Of a stretch of DNA of 63,537 nucleotides, positions 19,493 through 30,300 are shown in pieces (position 1 is the first letter of the stretch; every line of letters starts with the position of its first letter). Made by a program: the position numbers and the translations under genes. The notes beneath the pieces are model-generated. The model was not told where the DNA came from. It worked only from the letters and a program-made list of their open reading frames with translations, and did not search any database. The DNA is from Promethearchaeota archaeon (GTDB lineage Archaea > Asgardarchaeota > Lokiarchaeia > Sigyniarchaeales > SOKP01), in NCBI GenBank assembly GCA_029838195.1, contig JALGVJ010000022.1, positions 1-63,537 of the forward strand, written 5' to 3'.

Positions 19493-20524
19493 GTGGTAGA
19501 TTACACCTTAGAAATAAATGAAATCAACGGTGTCATTCAGATAAAAATAGACGTGCCCTTTCCGGTCAAGCATGCTTGTGTTTATCTTTTTAGCACGGGA
19601 GGGTCTCATGTTCTTTTTGACTCCGGCTTGAACATGGGAAACTGGAAAAAATTATTTTTTTCTGCCCTTGATAAAGTTGGTATTTCTATCAAGGAGGTGG
19701 AGTATTGTTTTATTTCTCATGAACACTTGGATCATCAAGGATTAGCCAATGTTTTCAAAAAAAAGAACCCCTACATGAAAATCTTGATGCATGAGATTAC
19801 CCATGAGATTCTTAAATGGGAATCCGACAAAACAAACATGAAAAGTATCAAGAAACAAGCTGAAGAATTAGCTAACATCATGCTCAAGTACGGAATCACT
19901 GAGGAGCAAGGAGAAAAATTAATACAATGGTTTACAATGTGGCCAAGTTATAGAACTTACGTGAAACCTGATATTCTCCTTCAAGACAATGATGAAATTC
20001 CCGTGGATGATCATGTCTTGAAAGTGATTTGGACGCCCGGCCATGCCTTGGGACATATTTGCGTTTTTGATAAAAAGACAAGGTATTTATATGCGGGAGA
20101 TCATATATTATCCCGCATTACACCCCATATCGGAAATTTTACCATGAATCCCTTAATTTTACAAAAATATGCGTCGCATGATTTTCATGACATTTTAAAG
20201 CTATATCTCGAATCCTTAGATCGAATTGAAAAATTAAATCCTGAAATTATATTTCCTGCTCATCAGGAGATCATATTTAATCCTCATAAGCGCATTAGGG
20301 AGATAAAGAAGCACCATAAAAAGAGATTAAAGGAAATTTCTGAACTCATTAAGAATAATCCAATGACGCCTTTTGATATTTCTTTTGCTCATTTTGGAAA
20401 TAATTTAGATGATATTAACCGGTATTTAGCCGTGAGCGAAGTTTTAGGTCATCTGATCTTCTTAGAAAATCTTGGTCAAGTGAAAAAGATAGAAAAAAAT
20501 GGAAAAATCTTTTTTGTAAGTTAA
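19493..20524 (+). CDS. MBL-fold metallo-hydrolase with probable C-terminal winged helix
   Basis: SHEHLDH, TPGHALGH, AGDHIL, PAH. Confidence 0.85.
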   Translation: MVDYTLEINEINGVIQIKIDVPFPVKHACVYLFSTGGSHVLFDSGLNMGNWKKLFFSALDKVGISIKEVEYCFISHEHLDHQGLANVFKKKNPYMKILMHEITHEILKWESDKTNMKSIKKQAEELANIMLKYGITEEQGEKLIQWFTMWPSYRTYVKPDILLQDNDEIPVDDHVLKVIWTPGHALGHICVFDKKTRYLYAGDHILSRITPHIGNFTMNPLILQKYASHDFHDILKLYLESLDRIEKLNPEIIFPAHQEIIFNPHKRIREIKKHHKKRLKEISELIKNNPMTPFDISFAHFGNNLDDINRYLAVSEVLGHLIFLENLGQVKKIEKNGKIFFVS

Positions 20525-20731
20525 GTATTATCAATCACTCAGGATTTCTAATTTAAGGATATTTTTTTTAACCCTTTTAACTTTCAATCTTCCATCTATA
20601 CATTTAATCTTGAGTTCTTATTACCTTATTAATAATTCTTTAAATCAACTCAGAGTACTTAATTAAAATTAATAGCGTAATTTTATCTTTAAATATATGA
20701 ATAAACAACTACATCAATTTTAATAATTTCA

Positions 20732-22054
20732 ATGATCAAGCTTTCATATTTGAAAGGAACACTACTAATTAACGGAGATTACAATATTCCCCATGTAGTT
20801 TATGATGAGAGAATAAATAAGTATCGAGCAGAAGCTTTTTATTACGGCGATATTATCAGGTATTTAAAAAATTCTGATTTTTATCATGAAGATAATGTTT
20901 TAAACTTAATTCCTTGTCCTAATTTTACCGCTAAAATCAGATTAAGGAAATACCAAAAAGAAGCCTTCAAGCGATGGATGCAAACCAAGAAAGGCGTGAT
21001 TGTCATGCCCACGGGTTCCGGAAAGACAATTATTGCAATGAAGATTATTGAAAAATTAAACACATCCACTTTCATAGTAGTCCCCACCTTAGATTTAACG
21101 TATCAATGGAAAGAACAACTTGAAAAAGAATTTTCCATGAAAATTGGAGAGTTTTCAAGTCGGCAAAAAGAGCTCCTTCCTATCACGGTATCCACGTACC
21201 AATCTGCTTATATTCATGCTGAGAATCTCGGAAATAAATTTAAATTATTAATCTTCGATGAGGTCCATCATCTTCCCTCAGAGAGTTTTCGACATATTGC
21301 CGAAATGTTTGCTTCTCCATTTCGATTAGGTCTCACGGCTACATATGAAAGAGCAGATGGTCTGCACGGAGTATTGCCCAAGCTGGTGGGGGGAAAAATA
21401 TATGAAATTGAACCGGCTTCTCTAGCAGGCACGTTTCTTGCTGATTATGAAATAAAAAAAATCATGGTTTCTTTCACGGAGCAAGAGCAGCAAGAATATA
21501 AAGCTGCACGTGGAATTTTCACGAATTATTTAATTTCACACCACATAAAAATGCAATCTCCGTCTGATTTTAATAAATTGGTGATGCGAGCGGGAAGGGA
21601 TCTGGAGGCGAGAAAAGCATTGTTAGCCAAGAATAAAGCGGACAAAATTGCTTTTAATTCTGAGAATAAATTGAAAATGCTTAGTAGTTTATTAAAGAAA
21701 AGTAATAAAACAATAATTTTCACGCGTTATAATAGCATGGTTTACAAAATCTCAAGGCAATTTTTTATCCCGTGCATCACTCATGAGACCAATAAAGAAG
21801 AGAGAATAAAAATCCTGAATAAATTTAAAGAAGGAACCTATTCCGCCATTGTTTCTTCCCAAGTACTTGATGAAGGTATTAATGTCCCCGAGGCTAATAT
21901 CGGTATCATTTTTAGCGGAACGGGAAGTTCCAGAGAATACGTGCAGCGGTTAGGAAGATTATTGAGACCCGCAGAACATAAAAAAGCAATTCTCTATGAA
22001 ATGATAACGAAAGATTCAATAGAAATAAGAACTTCTTATCGGAGGCGATCTTAA
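20732..22054 (+). CDS. xpb: XPB/Rad25-like SF2 DNA helicase
   Basis: LRKYQ, PTGSGKT, DEVHH, LTAT, DEGINVP, QRLGRLLR. Confidence 0.9.
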   Translation: MIKLSYLKGTLLINGDYNIPHVVYDERINKYRAEAFYYGDIIRYLKNSDFYHEDNVLNLIPCPNFTAKIRLRKYQKEAFKRWMQTKKGVIVMPTGSGKTIIAMKIIEKLNTSTFIVVPTLDLTYQWKEQLEKEFSMKIGEFSSRQKELLPITVSTYQSAYIHAENLGNKFKLLIFDEVHHLPSESFRHIAEMFASPFRLGLTATYERADGLHGVLPKLVGGKIYEIEPASLAGTFLADYEIKKIMVSFTEQEQQEYKAARGIFTNYLISHHIKMQSPSDFNKLVMRAGRDLEARKALLAKNKADKIAFNSENKLKMLSSLLKKSNKTIIFTRYNSMVYKISRQFFIPCITHETNKEERIKILNKFKEGTYSAIVSSQVLDEGINVPEANIGIIFSGTGSSREYVQRLGRLLRPAEHKKAILYEMITKDSIEIRTSYRRRS

Positions 22055-22055
22055 A

Positions 22056-23522
22056 ATACTTCCAAAAAATTTATTTTCGGGATCATTTAAACGAGGTAAA
22101 ATCATTCCTTCTTATCTTCATGATACTCACATTGCTGAAGAACTCATCTCAATTTTCAGAGATTTTGAAGGTAAAAAATATGATGTGTTAAGAAATAAAT
22201 TAAAGTCATTCGAAGAAGATAAGCATGATTTCAAGATCATTAGGGGTCTGGCCGAATTGTTGAAAAGAAGATGTGAATTTCACCCTAATTCATCACTCGA
22301 TAGTAAGGAGGTCCGCACTTTTCTATTTGATCATGGCTTCGTACTAAATGAAGAGAAGAGAAAAGGAGTATTGAAAGCGGCAGCAGATCATTTTGGGGTT
22401 TCGGAGCAAAAAATTGAGGAAGCAATGTTTATGGACTTATTAAAAGAACAAATTTTTACCATTCCGGATCCTCCCACGCCTCAAGAACTCATTCGTTCTT
22501 ATAACTTATCTCTCATTCAAACCCTCCTTTTTAATGCTGTAGAATTAACTTTTACGGTGTTTGATAATTTCCAGCAGATTTTTAGGATGATTAATTATTT
22601 AGGTTTAATGTACGAGATTGAGGATAAAAAAATTAAGGTATTTGGCCCCCTATCGATTCTAAAAAAAACCCGAAAATATGGTACTTCTCTTGCCAAACTA
22701 ATTCCATTAATTCTGCGAGCTGAAAAATGGTCTCTTGAAGCAAAAATTCTAATGAATAGGGGAAATCAACCTAAAATTTTCACTTTTGAATTAAATTCTG
22801 CAGAAAATATACTTTTTCCGAAATACAATGAATTTACTAGTGATGAGATCTTTGATAGCGAGGTAGAAAAAAAATTTTATAATGAATTCAAGATTTTTGC
22901 CCCGGATTGGGAGATAAAAAGGGAACCCACGTTCATTAAAGCCGGGAATCACGTGATCATTCCGGATTTTGGATTCTTTAAAAATGGAATAAAATTATAT
23001 TTAGAAGTTGTTGGATTTTGGACAGAAGCATATATAAAAAGAAAAATTGAAAAATTCAAGCAAACCGAAGAAGAAATCCTAATTGCATTAAATAAAAATT
23101 TAAAATGTTCAAGAGAAGATTTTAACGATGAAGTAATAATGTATGATAAATGGATACCCATTAAACCCATTTTAAAGATTTTGAAAAAAATGGAACAAGA
23201 ACAAGTTCAAAAAATTCTTAGTGAACTCAATTCCGTTAATATATCTGAAGATATCATTAATTTACGCGTCAAGGCACGTCAATTGAACATTATTCCTGAA
23301 GCATTAAAGGAATTAAGATTACCCAACCACTTTCTCATTGGAGAAATATTAGTCTCAAGAAAATTTTTATCGCGTCTGAAAGAAGAGATCGGAGATGAGA
23401 GGGATTTTTCCAAGATTAAAATTATATTAAATAAATACGGATTAACAAATAAGGCACTGGATTTATTGGGGTTTAAAATAATCTGGGATAAATTAATTCC
23501 CATTAAGATTCAAGAAATATAA
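22056..23522 (+). CDS. bax1: Bax1 / DUF790 nuclease, XPB partner (probable ATA start at 22056)
   Basis: YNLSLIQTLL, KYGTSLAKL, FDSEVE, IPDF, LEVVGFWT; open frame from ATA CTT CCA just after the xpb stop. Confidence 0.85.
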   Translation: MLPKNLFSGSFKRGKIIPSYLHDTHIAEELISIFRDFEGKKYDVLRNKLKSFEEDKHDFKIIRGLAELLKRRCEFHPNSSLDSKEVRTFLFDHGFVLNEEKRKGVLKAAADHFGVSEQKIEEAMFMDLLKEQIFTIPDPPTPQELIRSYNLSLIQTLLFNAVELTFTVFDNFQQIFRMINYLGLMYEIEDKKIKVFGPLSILKKTRKYGTSLAKLIPLILRAEKWSLEAKILMNRGNQPKIFTFELNSAENILFPKYNEFTSDEIFDSEVEKKFYNEFKIFAPDWEIKREPTFIKAGNHVIIPDFGFFKNGIKLYLEVVGFWTEAYIKRKIEKFKQTEEEILIALNKNLKCSREDFNDEVIMYDKWIPIKPILKILKKMEQEQVQKILSELNSVNISEDIINLRVKARQLNIIPEALKELRLPNHFLIGEILVSRKFLSRLKEEIGDERDFSKIKIILNKYGLTNKALDLLGFKIIWDKLIPIKIQEI

Positions 23523-23624
23523 AACATGAATAATTTAACTTATCATTAACGTGATTAGGGATTGAAATATCCATTTAAAATTAAACCTGGATCTGCAATT
23601 TTAACCTAACGAATAATAAAAAGA

Positions 23625-24083
23625 TCAAACGCGAAGTGAGGTAGTATCTGGTTGCTTAATGGGCTTGAGAACTACACATACGCGTTCCACGCTCTTCACA
23701 TCACTTCTTGCTTTAAAAGATTCGATGAGAGCGTCTAATTCATTAATTTCTGGCACTACTACTTTTATCAACACTCCGCATTCTCCTGCAAGGAAATAGA
23801 CCTCCTCGCATTGCGGTAAGACTTGGGTTTCTCTCAATAATTCTTTTATTTCAGCACTACTCTTAGGAATTACTGTTATGAACGCCATTATACATTTTTC
23901 TTCTTCCCTACACACGCGAATAGTAAACCGCTCAATTACACCATCTTCTTGAAGCCGTAATACTCTTTTTCTCACCGTGGATTCGGACAAATCAACGGCT
24001 TCAGCAATCTCTCTATAAGGTCTTCGGGAATCCTCTATTAACATTTCTAAAATTCTTTTATCTTTATCATCCAAATTTTTCAA
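23625..24083 (-). CDS. Lrp/AsnC family transcriptional regulator
   Basis: LDDKDKRILEMLIEDSRRPYREIA...SESTVRKRV. Confidence 0.9.
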   Translation of the reverse strand: MKNLDDKDKRILEMLIEDSRRPYREIAEAVDLSESTVRKRVLRLQEDGVIERFTIRVCREEEKCIMAFITVIPKSSAEIKELLRETQVLPQCEEVYFLAGECGVLIKVVVPEINELDALIESFKARSDVKSVERVCVVLKPIKQPDTTSLRV

Positions 24084-24159
24084 ATATTTTTTTCACCTCA
24101 CGTTCAACTTTTAAAAAAAAAATAAAAAAACATGGTTTTTAAAAAAATTGAATTAGTGT

Positions 24160-25098
24160 TTAAAAATCTTTAAGCAACGGTGCGAATAATCTTTCGTATT
24201 CTACCGCCATGCAATGAATTCCTGCAGCTTTCGTGGTTTTCTTAATTTCTTTGATGAAGGGCTCAAAAAATTCGATGTTAATTTTATCGATAGCGGCATA
24301 TTTCGCTTGCTTGTTACCTTTATTATCTTTTTCTGCCTTCTTCAAGGATTTTAATAGATCTTTTGGAACGGAAACACCAGGGATGTAGTTATCAAAATAC
24401 CATGCAATTCCGTATGATTTTAAGGGAAAGATGCCCAAGAGGACAGGAACATTGAATTGTTCCAACTCTTTTAGGAAATCTTTCGCTTGATCGATATCAA
24501 AGGCTGTCTGGGTTTGAATGAAATCGACTCCTTGTTCCACTTTTCTCCCTACTTTTAAGATTTCCGGCTCGCGTGGATTGCTATTGGGATTAGCGACACA
24601 TCCATAATTCATTTCGATCTTGCCTCCTTGTAATTCATTTCCTTCATAATCCGTCCCCTCATCAATCATTTTGGATAACATTTCGCAAAATTGCGTGCTA
24701 TCTATATCATAAACAGGCCGGCCTTTTTTATGATCGCCTAATGCCGTATGATCTCCTGTTAGAGTTAGAATATTTTTCAGTCCTAACACCGCACCTGCCA
24801 GCACGTCTCCAAACAACGCCACGCGATTGCGATCTCGTACCGTGACTTGCCATACTGCTTCTAACCCTACTTTTTCTTGCACTAAATAACTGGGAACTAA
24901 GGATGACATGTATGCATCGCCTTGCGGCCCGTCTGTCACGTTCGCTGCCACGATCTTGCCGGTTTTTTTCATTTCTTCCGCACCATGAAGAATGTCGCTT
25001 AAATCCAAGATTTTCTTGGGTTCTAATTCTCCCGTAATGACAAACTTTCCTTTCTGAATTTCTTTACATAAATTACTATATGCTGGTCGTTTCGCCAT
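24160..25098 (-). CDS. metF: Methylenetetrahydrofolate reductase
   Basis: ELEP, NVTD, RDRNR, LTGDH, GVDFIQTQ, GIHCM. Confidence 0.9.
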   Translation of the reverse strand: MAKRPAYSNLCKEIQKGKFVITGELEPKKILDLSDILHGAEEMKKTGKIVAANVTDGPQGDAYMSSLVPSYLVQEKVGLEAVWQVTVRDRNRVALFGDVLAGAVLGLKNILTLTGDHTALGDHKKGRPVYDIDSTQFCEMLSKMIDEGTDYEGNELQGGKIEMNYGCVANPNSNPREPEILKVGRKVEQGVDFIQTQTAFDIDQAKDFLKELEQFNVPVLLGIFPLKSYGIAWYFDNYIPGVSVPKDLLKSLKKAEKDNKGNKQAKYAAIDKINIEFFEPFIKEIKKTTKAAGIHCMAVEYERLFAPLLKDF

Positions 25099-25794
25099 TT
25101 ATTGACTCGCCTCCTCCTTTTCTTCTTGATTTCCATATTCTTTATATATCTTAAGATAGCTTGGACTTGTTGAAAGCCGATAATCTCTTGGCGGCCGATA
25201 TTTCTTAAATAAATCCAACCGATTGAATTTCTTCAAGCGTTTCCACATTTCAACCCAGGCACAAGGTACCGTATATCCCCCCACTTCACACATGCCATCC
25301 ACCATTCCACCGCAAGGTCCATTGCTCAAGTGCTTAGCACATCCAGCTCTTGGACATACGCCCCCTGTTTCTCCGAGAATGCATTCACCACATGTCTCGC
25401 AAAATTCAATGAAATTATTTTCGCTGTTATATTGAGCACCCCCGAAATGACTGTTCTGTGCAGGGTACGTCATTATATCAGGAAGTACTTTATTCATCAT
25501 GACGACACCTAAACCACACGCTAAGGAAACAATAGCGTCATATTCTTCTATTAAAGGGCGCACGGTGGTTGCAGCAATGCGGTCATCACATTGACGCAGA
25601 ACGGTAATTGCTTTCCATTTTAATTCCTTTCCTTCTGTTCTTGCTTTTAATTCTAATAATTGTCCAACCATTTTTGCCTCATTCAATGAACGGGGCGGCT
25701 GACAGCAACCATCGCAACCAGCAATTAAAACCTTGTTGTATGGCTTTATTAATTCATATATTTCTTCAATATCTTTTAGTTGGGTTATGATCAT
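25099..25794 (-). CDS. metV: MetV / MTHFR C-terminal-domain Fe-S protein
   Basis: GCDGC, RQCD, ACGLG, CETCGEC...GGVCP...CAKHLSNGPCGG...CEV...CAW. Confidence 0.9.
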   Translation of the reverse strand: MIITQLKDIEEIYELIKPYNKVLIAGCDGCCQPPRSLNEAKMVGQLLELKARTEGKELKWKAITVLRQCDDRIAATTVRPLIEEYDAIVSLACGLGVVMMNKVLPDIMTYPAQNSHFGGAQYNSENNFIEFCETCGECILGETGGVCPRAGCAKHLSNGPCGGMVDGMCEVGGYTVPCAWVEMWKRLKKFNRLDLFKKYRPPRDYRLSTSPSYLKIYKEYGNQEEKEEASQ

Positions 25795-25886
25795 TTTTTT
25801 CTTTCACTTTTCTTTTTTTCATGAATTTTTTTGATTTTTTTTTAATTATTCATGACTTTAATTTTAAGGATAAAAAATACCTTTAT

Positions 25887-26771
25887 TTAGGAGGTTAATT
25901 TTTCAATTAATTTTTGGGGTTTCACGGATCTTTTGGTCAAATTTAAATCTTCAAGGGGCACGCCCAATGCAATAGCCATGATCTCGGGAAGATATAGCAC
26001 GGGAATATCGAATTCTTTTCCCGTCCTTCTTGCTATCAATTTCTCTTTACGATCATACTGCGTGATACAAGCAGGACAGACAGCTATAAGAGCATCAATA
26101 TCCTCTCCTCTTTCACTTAATTCTGTCATTTTTTCTTCCACGAGATGTTCTCCAATCTCATCTTGAAGGCGAGCGCAATATCCACAGCACTCCAACTTAG
26201 TGGCAAAATCGATGGTTCTAGCACCTAATACTTGAAGTATCTTGTCAATTTTTTCAGGTTTTTCCGGATGATCAAATTGCATGATTTTACTTGGTCTTAT
26301 TAGGTGACAACCATAATGAACAGCAAACGTTAAATTGTCTAAAGGTTTCATCACCATCTTTTCTATTTTTTCTAAACATTCCGGCTGGGTAAAAAGTTCG
26401 ACAAAATGGTAAACTTTTGTCTTTCCACTATAATGATGATTGATTTTTTGAAGGACTCCATTGATCTTGTTTAAATACTCCTCATCTTCTTCTAAAAGCA
26501 CGCTTACCGTTTTCAACGTTTCATAACAGCCCGAACATATCGTGAGCATGTCCAATCCCATTTTTTCCGCAATAGAAAGATTTCTTGCTCCTAAAGTTAT
26601 CCACGTGTCAATATTTAAGGATTGCAGCGAAACGGGTTCTGGACAACAGCTCACGCCTTTCATTTCTCTCAATTTCACGTCTAAAATATTCGCCACGTCC
26701 CTAAATGCCTTTTCAAGTTGAGGCAATTTCAAGGGAATTGTACACCCTAAATATAATGCAAATTCATTCAT
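25887..26771 (-). CDS. hdrB: Heterodisulfide reductase subunit B
   Basis: YLGC, SCCP, CSGC, HYGCH, ECCG, CPAC (two CCG-type domains). Confidence 0.92.
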   Translation of the reverse strand: MNEFALYLGCTIPLKLPQLEKAFRDVANILDVKLREMKGVSCCPEPVSLQSLNIDTWITLGARNLSIAEKMGLDMLTICSGCYETLKTVSVLLEEDEEYLNKINGVLQKINHHYSGKTKVYHFVELFTQPECLEKIEKMVMKPLDNLTFAVHYGCHLIRPSKIMQFDHPEKPEKIDKILQVLGARTIDFATKLECCGYCARLQDEIGEHLVEEKMTELSERGEDIDALIAVCPACITQYDRKEKLIARRTGKEFDIPVLYLPEIMAIALGVPLEDLNLTKRSVKPQKLIEKLTS

Positions 26772-27304
26772 TTAATCTTCCCCTCCTCTTTTCTTATTAA
26801 AGCTCCTAATCCTGTTTCATCAAAAATTATTTGAATTTCCTCTAACGGAGGTGGCATGATTTCTGGAAGCCCTAAACGCTCCCTCCGTTTGTCAATGTTT
26901 TTCTTCAAACCCCCTGTATAGGGAACCACAAAGCCATTATTATATATAGTTTCTACTGCACCCGAATATTCTTTTGGAATTTTGCCCTCCGAAGCAGCCA
27001 TGTTTCTTAATAAGGCTAAAATAAAGGAATAATCCACGTTCTTTGGGCACCTTTCCGTGCATCTGTGACACAGGCTACATGTCCATATCGCTTTACTACT
27101 CAATACTTCTTCCTTCAGGCCTAATAGACAAGAAGCCACCACCCGATGAGGCTGTATATCTACATATTCAGTTACGGTGCAGCCTGAACTACATACACCG
27201 CATTGGATGCATTTTAATAAAGATTTAGCCCCAATCTTCTCGGCAATTTCATATCGGAATTTTAAATCTAATTCGCTTGATTTTTTTTTAAGCATTTCAG
27301 TCAT
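26768..27304 (-). CDS. hdrC: Heterodisulfide reductase subunit C
   Basis: CIQCGVCSSGC and WTCSLCHRCTERCP 4Fe-4S motifs. Confidence 0.92.
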   Translation of the reverse strand: MTEMLKKKSSELDLKFRYEIAEKIGAKSLLKCIQCGVCSSGCTVTEYVDIQPHRVVASCLLGLKEEVLSSKAIWTCSLCHRCTERCPKNVDYSFILALLRNMAASEGKIPKEYSGAVETIYNNGFVVPYTGGLKKNIDKRRERLGLPEIMPPPLEEIQIIFDETGLGALIRKEEGKIK

Positions 27305-27305
27305 T

Positions 27306-30300
27306 TCATACCGCCACCTCTTCTTTTTTTTCTTTTTTCATGATTTTATCACCCGTTTTTGGCAAGGGGCCTAATTCCTTTATCTGCTTGACGAAATCCG
27401 TAACCACCTCAGCAAATCGTTTACCTTCGCTAGCAGAGACCCACTCCAGTCGGAGGCGCTTCGGATCAATTCCTACTTTCTCTAATATTTCTTTAATTTC
27501 ATTGTAACGTTGTAGCATGTCGTAATTTCCTTCTAAATAATGGCAATCCCCTAAATGACAGCCTCCGATAAATACGCCGTCAGCGCCTTCCAAGAATGCT
27601 TGTAATATGAAATGCTTGGGGATTCTTCCCGTACACATGACCCGAATAGGACGAATATTCGTGGGATATTGAAAACGACTCACTCCGCACGTGTCAGCTC
27701 CCGCATAACTACACCAATTGCATAAAAATGCCACGATTCGGGGTCTTTCATCGATAAAATCTCCTTTAACGGCTTCATGGATCATCGGATATAATTGCTC
27801 ATCCGCAAAATGGCTCATGGTAATGGCTCCCGCCGGGCATGCGGCCGCACAGTCGCCACAACCCTTGCAAAGTAAGGGATTTGACTCTGAAACCATTATT
27901 TCATTATCAAAATTTACTCCAATGGCGCCAAAATTGCATGCTTCTTCACATTTTTGACAAGCAATACATAAAGCGGGATTCACGACAGATACGAGCGGTT
28001 CATTTTCCACCTCGCCCGAAATAAGCGGAATTAGCGCATGAGCTGCCGCAGCCCTGCCTTGGGCGATGGAATCGGCGATTCCTTTTGGACCATGGCACGT
28101 ACCTGCAAGATAAATTCCATCCGTGGCAAAATCCACGGGACGTAATTTCACGTGAGCTTCCAAGAAGAAGCCATTTTGATCTCGGGCACACTTGATCATC
28201 TCTCCCAATTTTTCCGTTTCATTGGGAACTAACGGCGTGGAAAGTACCACGCGATCTGCGTTAATCGTGAGATCGACCTGAGTCAAGATATCTTTTACAT
28301 TCACGGTAAGATGATCGTTTGTAATATCTACGGTGGGATAGTCATTGAACCGAATGTAGTTAATATTTTCCCGAGCTTTCCAATAATAAGGTTCCTCATC
28401 CGTACCCACTCGGATATCTCGATATAACACGAAGATATTCGAATTGGGGTACTGTTCTTTCACGTATAAGGCATGTCGTATGGACTCAGAACAACAGATC
28501 AACGAACAATATGTGACGCCATTTCCGCCTTCCGGTTGCCGAGATCCCACGCAATGAATGAACACCAGCGTTTCGCCATCTTTTAATTCATTATTTCTTA
28601 ATTTTTCCGATAATTCAAGTTGGGTCATGACCTTGTCTTCCATTCCTTCTTCCCCATAATGATACCATCCCACGGGCTTATACTCATGAGTACCCGTTGC
28701 CATAATAATCACTCCCACGTTTAACTTGATTTCCTCGTTTTTTCCATTATCTTTCACTTGTACCTTGAAATCACCAATAGACCCTTTCACGCTCTTTATT
28801 TCCGAATTCAAATACGCCGTGATGAGCTTCTGAGCATTGAGTTCCTTCAATGTCTTCTCTAAAAACTCCGCAGAATCAATTCTATCAAAATTAATCTTAT
28901 AAATGCGATTTAATTGCCCGCCCAATTTATCTTCTTTTTCCACGAGATGGACTTTAAACCCTTGTTTTGCAATTTCCATCGCTGCACTCATGCCGGCAAT
29001 CCCTCCTCCCACTACTAGCGCCTCGGGAACGACTTTCCCCTTGATTTTGAATTCGGGTTTAAGGGCACGTGAGCGAGCTACGCCCATGCGGATGAGATCT
29101 TTTGCTTTATCCGTGGCTTTTTCTCGCTCCGTCATGTGTACCCACGAATCTAATTCGCGTATGCTCACGAAATTAAACAAATATTCATTTAGTCCTGCTT
29201 CCCGGATGGTATGCTGAAATAAAGGCTCATGAGTGCGCGGCGTACATGCGGCTACCACCACACGATTCAAGTTTAACTCTTTTATCTTCTCTTTAATTAT
29301 ATCTTGAGTTAAACTCGAGCAACTATATTTGTTATTCATGGCAAAAACTACATTAGGCAAGGTTTTTGAATATTCCACGAGGGCCGGAACATCCACGTAT
29401 CCCCCAATATTAACGCCACATTCGCATACAAATACTCCAATCCGAGGTTCATCCCATTCAGAGACCTCTCTGAGGGGAGGTAATTCCACTTTCATTTCCT
29501 CCTTGCTCAAGGGAACCGCATGTAATGATGCCAAAGCTGCCGCTCCTCCCGCTTTCGCAACGGAGTTCGCTATATCGTCGGGAGATTGACACGATCCCGT
29601 GATGTAAACGCCTTCTCTTGTAGAACGTAAATCCTCCGTGGAATCCGGTGTTCTATAAAATCCTAATTCATTTCTCTCTATCCCTAAGATTTTACTCATT
29701 TCCTCAGCATCCGTGCGAGGAATGACCGCACTTGCTAATACCACCAAATCAAACTTGTTCGTTTCCACCTCTCCCGTATCCAAATTCGCATGCTTTACGT
29801 ATAAATCATGCGTTTCCGGATCCTCCCGAATATCTCCCGGAATCCCGTGATAATACGTGAGTTTGTACTCTTCTTTCGCACGTTCTATGAACTCTTCTTG
29901 ATTTTTCCCAATCACCCTCACGTCATTGAAAAATATCGTTACCTTCGTATTGGCCGCATGTTCTCGCGTGACTACGCCTTCCTTTGCCATGTACATGCAA
30001 CAAAATTTCGAACAATACGCACATAAATCTTCATTTCTCGAGCCCACGCAAGCTATGAAAGCTATCTCATGCGCATGCTTTCCATCCGAAGGTCTAAGGA
30101 TTTGCCCGCCAGTGGGGCCAGACGCACTTAGTAGCCGTTCATATTGCATAGCCGTTATCACGTTGGGGTATTCTCCATAATGATACCGAGTTAAAACGCT
30201 AGGATCTAAAAGATCATATCCCGTTGCGACGATGACTGAAGCGACCTCATATTCTACTTCCTCGTCCTCCATCTCGAAATTAATGGCATCCGCTTCACAC

